DNA from: an uncultured candidate division Zixibacteria bacterium
GTDB lineage: Bacteria; Zixibacteria; MSB-5A5; UBA10806
Reading direction: 5' to 3'
NCBI GenBank assembly: GCA_963817915.1
Contig: CAWFQL010000017.1
Location: forward strand, 352,001-416,000
DNA: 64,000 nt
In this document: piece by piece, positions 50,424 to 58,876 of the stretch
Layout: the number at the start of each line of letters is the position of its first letter
Numbering within the stretch: the first letter of the stretch is position 1
Position numbers and translations under genes: made by a program
The notes under the pieces: model-generated
What the model was told of the DNA's origin: nothing
The model's database searches: none
What the model saw: only the letters and a program-made list of their open reading frames with translations

Positions 50424-51773
50424 TTGGAAAAATTACTGATTAGCGTGTCGGGTGTCAGAGGGGTAGTCGGGAAAGCATTAACAGCAGATATAGCGCTCCG
50501 TTACGCTTCCGCCTTTGGGACATTTTTAAAGACCGGCAAAGTTGTGATTGGAGGCGATACCCGCCGTACCCATGCGATGATCAAATCGGCCGCGATAGCC
50601 GGACTCCAGGGAACCGGCCATGATGTCGTAGATATTGGGATCGTACCGACTCCCACCGTAGAAATCGCCGTTCGCGATGGCGGTTTTGTTGGTGGAATCG
50701 CGGTGACGGCCAGCCATAATCCAGACCAATATAACGCCTTAAAGCTTATAGGCCCGGGTGGACTTTTCCTTTCAGAGACGCAAGGTTTGAAAGTCCGAAA
50801 TATTTACGAAAAGAATCTCATAAAAAATGTCGGATGGGATAAGGTCGGCACATTGGCCTACGATTTGAGCTGGATCGATTCGCATATTGAGAAGATCATT
50901 TCTTTAGACATCATATCGATCGATCAGATAAAACAGAGCAATTTAAAAGTCGTGGCGGATTGTGTCGGAGGAACCGCCGCAATGATGGCCGCTCGATTTT
51001 TTGATAAAATCGGCGTCTCTCACGAATTGATACATTTCAGAATCGGAGATAAATTCCCCCGCGGCGCGGAGCCAACTCCCGAAAATTTGGTGGATTTATG
51101 CAAGGCCGTTAAGGAATCCGGCGCTGATATTGGGTTTGCATTCGATCCCGATGCCGACAGATTGGCCCTCGTTTCTGATAAAGGTGAGCCTCTCGGAGAG
51201 GAATTCACTCTGGCGCTCGGAGCACGATATATTCTCAGCCGCGTCAAGGGCCCAATCGCAGTAAATCTTTCGAGCTCGATGATAAATGATTTTGTTGCCA
51301 ATGAAGCTGGTGTCAAGATTTACAGGACAAAGGTCGGCGAACGAAATGTCACCGAAAAAATGATGAAAATAGGAGCAGTTGTCGGCGGAGAAGGCAATGG
51401 TGGATTAATATATCCTCGGCTTCATTGGGGCCGAGATGGGTTTCTCGGTGCCGCAGTTATTCTCCAGTATCTTGCCAGCTCAGGGAAAAAAATCAGCGCA
51501 CTCGCGGCGGAACTTCCTTTATATTCGATGGTTAAAAGGAAAATGAATATATCCAAAAAGGAAGTCGACAAAAAAAATAAATCGATAGAAAAGGTATTTC
51601 CTGACGACAAAATAGATAGGCAGGATGGTATCAAAATCGTCGGAAAAGATTGGTGGGTTCAGATCAGATCGTCTAATACGGAGCCAATCGCCCGGCTAAT
51701 GGCCGAGGCCGCAGACAGTACGAAAGCCACCCAACTTATAGGCTCTATTCAGTCAGTTTTTAGAAAAAAGTAG
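50424..51773 (+). CDS. glmM: Phosphoglucosamine mutase (alpha-D-phosphohexomutase family)
   Basis: 'SVSGVRG', 'TASHNP', 'DPDADR', 'GGEGNGG', 'RSSNTEP'; directly upstream of glmS. Confidence 0.85.
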   Translation: MEKLLISVSGVRGVVGKALTADIALRYASAFGTFLKTGKVVIGGDTRRTHAMIKSAAIAGLQGTGHDVVDIGIVPTPTVEIAVRDGGFVGGIAVTASHNPDQYNALKLIGPGGLFLSETQGLKVRNIYEKNLIKNVGWDKVGTLAYDLSWIDSHIEKIISLDIISIDQIKQSNLKVVADCVGGTAAMMAARFFDKIGVSHELIHFRIGDKFPRGAEPTPENLVDLCKAVKESGADIGFAFDPDADRLALVSDKGEPLGEEFTLALGARYILSRVKGPIAVNLSSSMINDFVANEAGVKIYRTKVGERNVTEKMMKIGAVVGGEGNGGLIYPRLHWGRDGFLGAAVILQYLASSGKKISALAAELPLYSMVKRKMNISKKEVDKKNKSIEKVFPDDKIDRQDGIKIVGKDWWVQIRSSNTEPIARLMAEAADSTKATQLIGSIQSVFRKK

Positions 51774-51785
51774 GAGGATAATAAT

Positions 51786-53612
51786 ATGTGCGGAATAGTT
51801 GGATATGTCGGTCCCCAGCGGGCGTGTCCAATTCTTATCGAGGGTTTAAAACGGCAGGAATATAGAGGATATGATTCTGCCGGCGTGGCCTTGCTCGAGG
51901 ATGGCAATATCGTCATCCAGAAGAGCGCGGGTAAAATTGCCGCTCTTGAAGAAAGCATGAAAGATTCCGATTTTCATGCAACCACCGGCATAGCCCACAC
52001 CCGTTGGGCAACCCATGGCGCACCCACCGATTTGAATGCTCACCCGCATACAGGTAATTCCGGCAAAATTGCCGTAGTTCATAACGGTATCATCGAAAAT
52101 TATGCGTCGCTGCGCGAAGTGCTAAAACAGCAAGGACATGTTTTTCGGACAGATACCGATACGGAGATCATTGCCCATCTTATTGAAGAATATTATGATG
52201 GCAATCTACTCCAAGCCGTGAGAAGAGCTCTAACGCAGGTTGAGGGCACATACGGCATAGCAGTCATGTGCGCCGATAATCCCGGCCTGATTGTCGCCGC
52301 CAGATCAGGTTCCCCATTGGTAATCGGTACTGGTGATGGCGAAAATCTAATTGCATCGGATGTCGCGGCTTTGCTCAGACACACAAATCGTGTTGTCTAT
52401 CTTGAGGATGGTGAATTAGCCGAAGTCACCGCTAATAATTTTTCCATAACTACACTCGACGACGTAGTTGTGACGCCTCATTTGCAGGAAATCTCCTGGA
52501 GTCTCGATATGATCGAAAAGAGCGGTTTCGATCATTTCATGTTGAAAGAGATTTTCGAGCAGCCGGAAACCTTGAAAAACGCGATGAGAGGCCGACTCAA
52601 TTTTGCCGAAGCTACTGCCCGCCTTAATGGGTTGAATCTTCAATACAATGAACTTCATCACATAAATAGAATAATTATAATCGCCTGCGGTACAAGCTGG
52701 CATGCTGCCTTGATTGGCGAATATCTGATTGAAGAATATGCCCGAATACCGGTCGAAGTCGAATATGCTTCCGAATTTCGATATCGAAGCCCGATTATTA
52801 ACCCAGGGACTTTGGTATTTGTGATTTCTCAGTCGGGCGAGACGGCCGATACTTTGGCCGCAATGAGAGAAGCCAAGCGAAAAGGCGCGACATGCCTGGG
52901 TATCTGCAATGTCGTAGGCTCAACTATTGCAAGGGAATCCGATGGCGGAGTTTACATCCATGCCGGACCCGAAATTGGTGTAGCATCCACTAAAGCTTTT
53001 ACATCACAGATAATGGTTTTGTCGCTGATTACGATTCTTTTGGCTCGAATGAGATCAATGTCATTCGAAAAGGGAGAAGAACTCATTCAAGCTCTTCATT
53101 CTTTGCCTGAGATCGTTAAAAAGGTTTTATCGTTGAATAATGAAATTAAAGAGCTGGCAAAGAAATTTTATAAAACTAATAATTTCTTATACCTTGGACG
53201 CGGCATAAATTTCCCTGTCGCTCTCGAGGGCGCCTTGAAACTAAAGGAAATCAGCTATATTCATGCCGAAGGTTATCCGGCCGCCGAAATGAAGCATGGC
53301 CCGATAGCGTTAATCGATGAAAATATGCCTGTCGTAGTTCTCGCGGCCAAGGACTCAGTCTACAATAAGATTGTCTCTAATGTTCAGGAGATAAAGGCCC
53401 GTAAGGGTATCGTAATAGCTATTGCAACTGAAGGCGATAATAGAATCAAAGACCTGGCGGACGAAGTTATCTATCTGCCGCCTGTTAATGACTATATACT
53501 GCCTATTATCGCGATCATTCCGCTTCAATTGCTCGCGTATCATATGGCCGTATTGCGCGGTTGCGATGTCGACCAGCCCAGAAATCTTGCGAAAAGTGTT
53601 ACTGTTGAATAG
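51786..53612 (+). CDS. glmS: Glutamine-fructose-6-phosphate aminotransferase
   Basis: 'MCGIVG', 'EYRGYDSAG', 'HTRWATHG', 'SQSGETADT', 'EMKHGP', 'PRNLAKSVTVE'. Confidence 0.98.
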   Translation: MCGIVGYVGPQRACPILIEGLKRQEYRGYDSAGVALLEDGNIVIQKSAGKIAALEESMKDSDFHATTGIAHTRWATHGAPTDLNAHPHTGNSGKIAVVHNGIIENYASLREVLKQQGHVFRTDTDTEIIAHLIEEYYDGNLLQAVRRALTQVEGTYGIAVMCADNPGLIVAARSGSPLVIGTGDGENLIASDVAALLRHTNRVVYLEDGELAEVTANNFSITTLDDVVVTPHLQEISWSLDMIEKSGFDHFMLKEIFEQPETLKNAMRGRLNFAEATARLNGLNLQYNELHHINRIIIIACGTSWHAALIGEYLIEEYARIPVEVEYASEFRYRSPIINPGTLVFVISQSGETADTLAAMREAKRKGATCLGICNVVGSTIARESDGGVYIHAGPEIGVASTKAFTSQIMVLSLITILLARMRSMSFEKGEELIQALHSLPEIVKKVLSLNNEIKELAKKFYKTNNFLYLGRGINFPVALEGALKLKEISYIHAEGYPAAEMKHGPIALIDENMPVVVLAAKDSVYNKIVSNVQEIKARKGIVIAIATEGDNRIKDLADEVIYLPPVNDYILPIIAIIPLQLLAYHMAVLRGCDVDQPRNLAKSVTVE

Positions 53613-53650
53613 ATAAAATAGCATGGGATATTTCTGATGGGAGGAATTTA

Positions 53651-54313
53651 ATGCCTGGAAAAATCAAATCCAAAATGATCTGGGATCGTGAAGGACTGGC
53701 GAATTTGTATCATAAGCAGGGAATGTCATTGACGGACATCGCGCAGAAGTATGGTTGTTCTCGTCAATATGTCCAGCTTGTGTTTAAAGAGCTCAATATC
53801 GAACGACGAACACGACAGGAAGCGTTGAAACAAAAACCGAGAAATCGGAAGAGCAAATATGATTTCAAGCCCTTTCATGATTCGTTTATAGCCAAAAATT
53901 ATACCACAATGACTGACCACGAAATTGCTGATAAATTGAAAAAACCGCCAAGCAGTGTCACCTATAGAAGGTTGCTTGTATTAGGGAAAAAGAAAGTGAA
54001 TCGGAGAAATTTCACTTCGGAAGAAAACGATTTTATTTTGGATAATTATAAAAATCTCACAGATTTGTCTATAGCTGAAAAATTGAATAGATCGCTGATT
54101 TCGGTTACCCATCATCGAAATCGTATTTTAGGCAGGCCTAAAAGAAATATTCGCTCATATTCGGATACGGAAAATGTATTTATCAAACAGAATTATAGAA
54201 AGCTGACAGATGGCCAACTGGCCGAAGCCTTAAATCGTTCTAAAGCTTCAATTGCTATCCATAGAAATGAAGTGCTTGGACTTGGCAAAATGAAAAGAAG
54301 TCAGCAAAAATAA
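53651..54313 (+). CDS. Putative DNA-binding protein: N-terminal HTH plus three tandem 49-aa Myb/HTH-like repeats
   Basis: SD ggagg; 'MSLTDIAQKYGCSRQYV'; repeats begin at F72, F121 and Y170 with consensus (F/Y)....(N/D).FI..NY..(L/M)TD..(I/L)A..L.(R/K)...S(V/I)...R..(V/I)LG. Confidence 0.75.
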   Translation: MPGKIKSKMIWDREGLANLYHKQGMSLTDIAQKYGCSRQYVQLVFKELNIERRTRQEALKQKPRNRKSKYDFKPFHDSFIAKNYTTMTDHEIADKLKKPPSSVTYRRLLVLGKKKVNRRNFTSEENDFILDNYKNLTDLSIAEKLNRSLISVTHHRNRILGRPKRNIRSYSDTENVFIKQNYRKLTDGQLAEALNRSKASIAIHRNEVLGLGKMKRSQQK

Positions 54314-54426
54314 TTATCAAAAGGATCGCTCAGCATCAATATTCTTCATATACTCAGTATATAAATGCATAAAAAAGATTAGTTTTTAATACTTCCATAT
54401 TTATATTGATTCAGTATGTGTAACTG

Positions 54427-54510
54427 TTGCCGGCAATCCTATCTAGATCCCGAATTTGGGACGAATGGATTTTCATTCGTTCGCCTCGCAGGCGTAAGCA
54501 ATTCTGCGGC
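54427..54510 (+). other. Candidate structured RNA leader (clustered hairpins) upstream of holA
   Basis: Adjacent stems tcccg/tggga (54448-54461), acgaatgg/tcattcgt (54461-54480) and cgcct/aggcg (54482-54494); the G-U pairs work only on the + strand. Confidence 0.3.
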
Positions 54511-54539
54511 CGTGTATGTTTATTTATCAGGGATTAATT

Positions 54540-55538
54540 ATGGCGGCTAATCAAGATGTAATATCTAAAATAAAGAGATTCTATCTTTTTTACGGGCCGA
54601 ATAACTATAGGATTTCTGCAAGAGTCTCATCGCTTATAGCTACTGTGCTTCAGCCCGGAGCCGACGTATTTGACCTCGATAGATTCGATGGCAAAGGCTG
54701 CGATATCAACTTATTGATCAACAGTATTTCAACTCCCCCCGTTATGAGCCCGCTGCGCATCATTTTATTGAGTAATGCGGAAAAGCTTACGTCTTCCAAC
54801 CAGGCTGCACTTGAAAAATTTCTCTCGAAAATCCCCGAATATTCGGTATTAGTAATGACTGCGGTAAAACCCGACGCCCGTTCAGCATTTTTTAAAAATC
54901 TTTTGGCGAAAAAGAAAGTCAATTCATTTGCGTTCGATGATTATGAGCCCAATGAAATGCTGGGGCTTGTAATTGATTTCGCCAAAAAGCGCAATAAATC
55001 GATATCCCCTGAAATAACTTCATCCGTTGTAGATATTTTCGGGAATGATTTATTCAGGTTGGAAAATGAAATTGATAAACTGTCTCTGTTCGTTGGTGAT
55101 AAAGAGACCATTGAAAAGAAAGACCTCGCCTTTGGTTATGGATTTTCCAAGGTCGAAACCATAGATGATTTGCCCGAATTGCTACTAAATAACAAACCTA
55201 AAGCCGCACTAGAGCTTACGCGACGAGCCATTGCCGGCGGCATTAGTGAGATACAGATTTTATTTATGATAAGAGGTCTTCTGATGGCCTTAAATGCGGC
55301 CAAAATGACTTCCGATGTTAGAACTTTGATGTCAACGGCACGAGTCTCACCCAATGTGGCATTTATGGCCCAAAGAAAAGCACGTATTGTTGGCGAACAA
55401 TATGTCCAACAAGGACTTATGCTTGTATTCAGGGCGGAATATGCGCTTAAATCGGCTCGATTCCCGGCAGAAGCGATTATTGACCAGCTGATTGTATCTA
55501 TGTTTTCTTTGCCAACGGGGAATATTAACTCCGTTTAA
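54540..55538 (+). CDS. holA: DNA polymerase III delta subunit
   Basis: 'FYLFYG.NNY', 'DLDRFDG', 'TPPVMSPLRIIL', 'GNDLFRLENEIDKL.LF', C-terminal 'AEYALKS'. Confidence 0.8.
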   Translation: MAANQDVISKIKRFYLFYGPNNYRISARVSSLIATVLQPGADVFDLDRFDGKGCDINLLINSISTPPVMSPLRIILLSNAEKLTSSNQAALEKFLSKIPEYSVLVMTAVKPDARSAFFKNLLAKKKVNSFAFDDYEPNEMLGLVIDFAKKRNKSISPEITSSVVDIFGNDLFRLENEIDKLSLFVGDKETIEKKDLAFGYGFSKVETIDDLPELLLNNKPKAALELTRRAIAGGISEIQILFMIRGLLMALNAAKMTSDVRTLMSTARVSPNVAFMAQRKARIVGEQYVQQGLMLVFRAEYALKSARFPAEAIIDQLIVSMFSLPTGNINSV

Positions 55539-55547
55539 TGGTATAAT
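55539..55547 (+). promoter_or_regulatory. Extended -10 promoter upstream of the ECF sigma gene
   Basis: TG-g-TATAAT at 55539-55547, followed by SD ggaggt and ATG 55575. Confidence 0.5.
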
Positions 55548-55574
55548 AGATAGAACGATTGGAGGTAATAGTTC

Positions 55575-56153
55575 ATGCAGGAGCTCAATGATCACGAATT
55601 AATTGATAGAGCCCTGAACGGCGATAAGGCAGCTTTTGGGATTTTGGTAGATAGATACAAAAAGAAAATCTACTATTTGGCCTATCGCATGACTCGTGAT
55701 CATGATTGCGCCGATGAATTAGCGCAGGAAAGTTTCGTAAAAGCATATCAGGCCCTGGGTACATTTAAGAGGGGCTATAGCTTTTACACCTGGGTTTACA
55801 GAATTTGCATCAATATTACGATTAATTTTATCAAAAGAGAGAAATTTAGCGTTCCCATGGATTCACTCAATGAAACCGAAATCCGTGAAAATACGGCAAT
55901 CGATAACAATCAGCTCGAAAGGCTTATTTCATCTGAGCAGGCTTCGTTAGTTAGAAAGACACTTGATACCCTGCCGCCGGAACAAAAGGCCGCTTTCCTT
56001 CTTAAAACATATGATGATTTGTCGTATGAACAGATTGCGGAAACTATGGGGACATCGATTGGCACGGTTATGTCGAGACTTTTCAGGGCTCGATTCAGGA
56101 TTAAGCAGGCTCTGAAAGATATCGAATCTAAAAGGGATGTGTGGGATGAGTAA
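55575..56153 (+). CDS. ECF RNA polymerase sigma factor
   Basis: 'GDKAAFGILVDRY', 'ADELAQESFVKAY', 'FYTWVYRI..N', 'LSYEQIAETMG.SIGTVMSRLFRAR'. Confidence 0.95.
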   Translation: MQELNDHELIDRALNGDKAAFGILVDRYKKKIYYLAYRMTRDHDCADELAQESFVKAYQALGTFKRGYSFYTWVYRICINITINFIKREKFSVPMDSLNETEIRENTAIDNNQLERLISSEQASLVRKTLDTLPPEQKAAFLLKTYDDLSYEQIAETMGTSIGTVMSRLFRARFRIKQALKDIESKRDVWDE

Positions 56154-57158
56154 ATGTAATAATACAAAGCTGATGCAGATATATCTTGATGGCTGGATGG
56201 GCGAAAGTGAAATCAAGAAATTTGAAGATCATCTGAAGGATTGCCCCGAATGTCAGATGGAGTTGGTGGATCTGGAAGAGGTTACGAGAGCGACTTTGGA
56301 GATCGTAGATCAGGCTCCGGAACGGGAATATTGGGATAATTTTGTCAATCGCGTCAACAATCGCATTGCCGCCCGCGACGTTAGTATGGAGATTTCGTCA
56401 TCCAGGAAAAGTAAATCATTTTCAGTAAAATATTCTTTATACTCGGTTGCTGTTATGGCATTTGCTGCCTCATTACTGATAATTTTCGATATAGGCATCA
56501 ATAAAAAACCGAATCCAAATCAAGCCGCAGACTCTAATCTTTATGCCCCAATTTCGGGAAATCTGCCGCTTATATTTTCCGGCGCGGAGCAGGCATTGCC
56601 TTCAAGCAATTCTAATATAAGCCAAACCCAAGAAGCGTCAATGTACCGCCAACTGAAAATTCCCGTTCGATTATGTCAAAGGCCGCGGAATCGTCGGATT
56701 CATCAGACGAGACAAGCACTCAGGGAGTTAATCCCCAGATAGTTGGCTATCAAAGAAATTTGCCGGGTGGCGTGGGAATAGTAAAGGACTTGAATACTTA
56801 TATCAGAACAAGATCAATAATGCCAAGCGCCAGTATAATGTTGAGCGATATTTCGGTCTCGGATATGCAAACCAGATTGAATTCGGACGACAGGCTTGAT
56901 TCATCATTAAAGTTAAGATTGTCGGTTATTGCCGATAGAATGCTCTCTGGTATCAATAATGTTTCGCGATTGTCCGGCAATGCAGGAAGCTCTTTGCTGA
57001 ATCAGGATTATGCGTATGCCGATCTCAATGGCGGGCGGGCTAATGTCAATGATGCCATTAACACACGTTGGGGTTATTTGAGAATGCCTATTGACACTAC
57101 GAAATCTGCCGACGCCGGAAAATACTTGATCGAACTCGAATTAATGCAAAATAAATAG
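56146..57158 (+). CDS. ZAS (zf-HC2) transmembrane anti-sigma factor, apparently split by a -1 frameshift at about 56620-56645
   Basis: 'C...YLDG...FEDHLKDCPEC' (HxxxCxxC), one TM helix, then a Ser/Asn-rich tail. The frame of ORF 56673-57158 is open back to about 56617 and continues the same low-complexity sequence. Confidence 0.75.
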
Positions 57159-57177
57159 TTGATTTGACTCAAACAGC

Positions 57178-57206
57178 TTGATTATCAAAATATAGTCTCA
57201 TATATT
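57178..57206 (+). promoter_or_regulatory. Sigma70-type promoter of the cap/pgs operon
   Basis: TTGATT (57178-57183), 17 nt, TATATT (57201-57206). Confidence 0.5.
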
Positions 57207-57243
57207 AAGGAACTATCGTCGAAGCGACGATGGTTATTGAAAT

Positions 57244-58416
57244 ATGTGGGTAATTCTTACACTGATTTTAGGGCTAATTTTTTTAGGAATTTGGGAATTC
57301 CGATACCACCAGTATCATCTTGCTCAATTACCTATAAGAGTCCATGTTAATGGCACCAGGGGTAAGTCGTCTGTTACAAGGCTTATTGCAGGCGGGCTTC
57401 GTGGGGGCGGATACAAAGTATTTGCAAAAACGACAGGTACCAAGCCTCGAATGATCTATGATGATGGCAGCGAAGAACCCGTTCACAGGGTTGGCAAGCC
57501 CAATGTTATTGAGCAGAAAAAAATCGTTTCCAGAGCCACTCATTTGGGAGTGCAATATTTTGTTACGGAATGCATGGGTGTTCAGCCTCACTTGCAGGAT
57601 ATTCTCGAAAGGCAATTTATTAAAGCGCAAGTCGGCGTTATTACCAACGCGCGTGCCGATCATCTCGACATGATGGGTCCAACGGTTGAGGATGTCGCCG
57701 AATCACTCGCCAATACAGTGCCACGCAACGGCATTTTATTTACCGCGGAAAAACAATATTTCAATATATTGAAAGAAAGAGCGGAAAAGAGAAATTCCGG
57801 CATTCATCTGGCCGAAGGCCACGTGATTACTGATGATGAGATGCGCGGTTTTTCTTATCTTGAGCATAAAGACAATGTTGCCCTGGCACTAAAAGTCTGC
57901 GAGCATCTCGGGGTGGATAGAAAATCTGCGATTAAGGGGATGCAGGACGCCAATCCCGATCCGGGCGTATTGAGGCGTTACCAGATAATTTCGCAGGGAA
58001 AATCAATAGAGTTCGTCAATGCTTTTGCCGCCAATGATCCCGATAGTTTTAAGGTAATCTGGGAAATGCTAAAAATTCATCATGAGCCCAATAAGACATT
58101 GATTGTACTTGTAAATTCACGACAGGACAGGATTCAGCGGGCCGAACAATTGGGCGAATTTATAGCGTCTAATCTAAGCGCTGATTTTTATGTCATTACC
58201 GGCCAGAATACTCATCCGCTGGTTGCCAAGGCCATTGCCTGCGGATTACCTCATAATAAGATCGAGGACATGGGCGGGCGAACAATTGAATCTATCTTTA
58301 ATAGTATTGTCAACCTATCCGCGGAAAAAGCGTTGGTTTTTGGAATCGGAAATATAGTCGGTTTCGGAGAACAGCTAGTGCAATTCTTTACTGAAAGGGG
58401 TAGCGAGATTGTCTGA
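57244..58416 (+). CDS. pgsB: Poly-gamma-glutamate synthase CapB/PgsB (Mur-ligase fold)
   Basis: N-terminal TM, 'IRVHVNGTRGKSSVTRLI', 'AKTTGT', 'NVIEQ', 'ECMGVQP.LQ', 'ITNARADHLD.MGPT', 'NAFAANDP', 'GIGNI.G.G'. Confidence 0.93.
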   Translation: MWVILTLILGLIFLGIWEFRYHQYHLAQLPIRVHVNGTRGKSSVTRLIAGGLRGGGYKVFAKTTGTKPRMIYDDGSEEPVHRVGKPNVIEQKKIVSRATHLGVQYFVTECMGVQPHLQDILERQFIKAQVGVITNARADHLDMMGPTVEDVAESLANTVPRNGILFTAEKQYFNILKERAEKRNSGIHLAEGHVITDDEMRGFSYLEHKDNVALALKVCEHLGVDRKSAIKGMQDANPDPGVLRRYQIISQGKSIEFVNAFAANDPDSFKVIWEMLKIHHEPNKTLIVLVNSRQDRIQRAEQLGEFIASNLSADFYVITGQNTHPLVAKAIACGLPHNKIEDMGGRTIESIFNSIVNLSAEKALVFGIGNIVGFGEQLVQFFTERGSEIV

Positions 58417-58876
58417 AGTTGTAGTTATGATGCAATCTGTGGGGCTCGGACTGGTTGTCAGCCTCCTGTGTTCTGAGACTCTCGGACTTGCGGCAGGCGG
58501 AATGGTTGTGCCTGGCTATATGGCTTTAATGATACATGACCCTTTTAAGATCGCGGGTACTATCCTCGTAAGCCTCTTGACCTTTTTCTTAGTTAGAATT
58601 TTTTCGAATTATATTTTTATTTATGGTCGTAGAAGGACAGTGCTTGTCATATTGATCGGCTTTGGTCTGGGATGGCTGGCTCGTGAATATTTCGTATTTA
58701 CTCTGCCATCAGGCAAGATTCTGGAATTTCAGGCTATAGGATTTATTATTCCCGGCCTGATCGCCAATTGGATGGAGCGCCAGGGCGTCATTCAGACATT
58801 GTCAACAATGATTATCGCCGCGGTAGTTGTCAGGCTGCTGCTCATGATCTTTACGGGCGGGAAGGTGATAGTATGA
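58409..58876 (+). CDS. pgsC: Poly-gamma-glutamate biosynthesis membrane protein CapC/PgsC
   Basis: 'E.LGL.AGGMVVPGYMAL', 'IYGRRR', 'IGFIIPGLIANW..RQG...T'. Confidence 0.93.
   Translation: MSEVVVMMQSVGLGLVVSLLCSETLGLAAGGMVVPGYMALMIHDPFKIAGTILVSLLTFFLVRIFSNYIFIYGRRRTVLVILIGFGLGWLAREYFVFTLPSGKILEFQAIGFIIPGLIANWMERQGVIQTLSTMIIAAVVVRLLLMIFTGGKVIV

Noticed and set aside
50269..51786. glmS ribozyme
   Set aside because: glmS starts 12 nt after glmM, leaving no leader, and the glmM upstream region is short, AT-rich and explained by a sigma70 promoter.
53560..53660. Tn7-like insertion at the attTn7 site downstream of glmS
   Set aside because: The following gene is AT-rich, but I see no TGT...ACA ends, repeated TnsB sites or tns genes.
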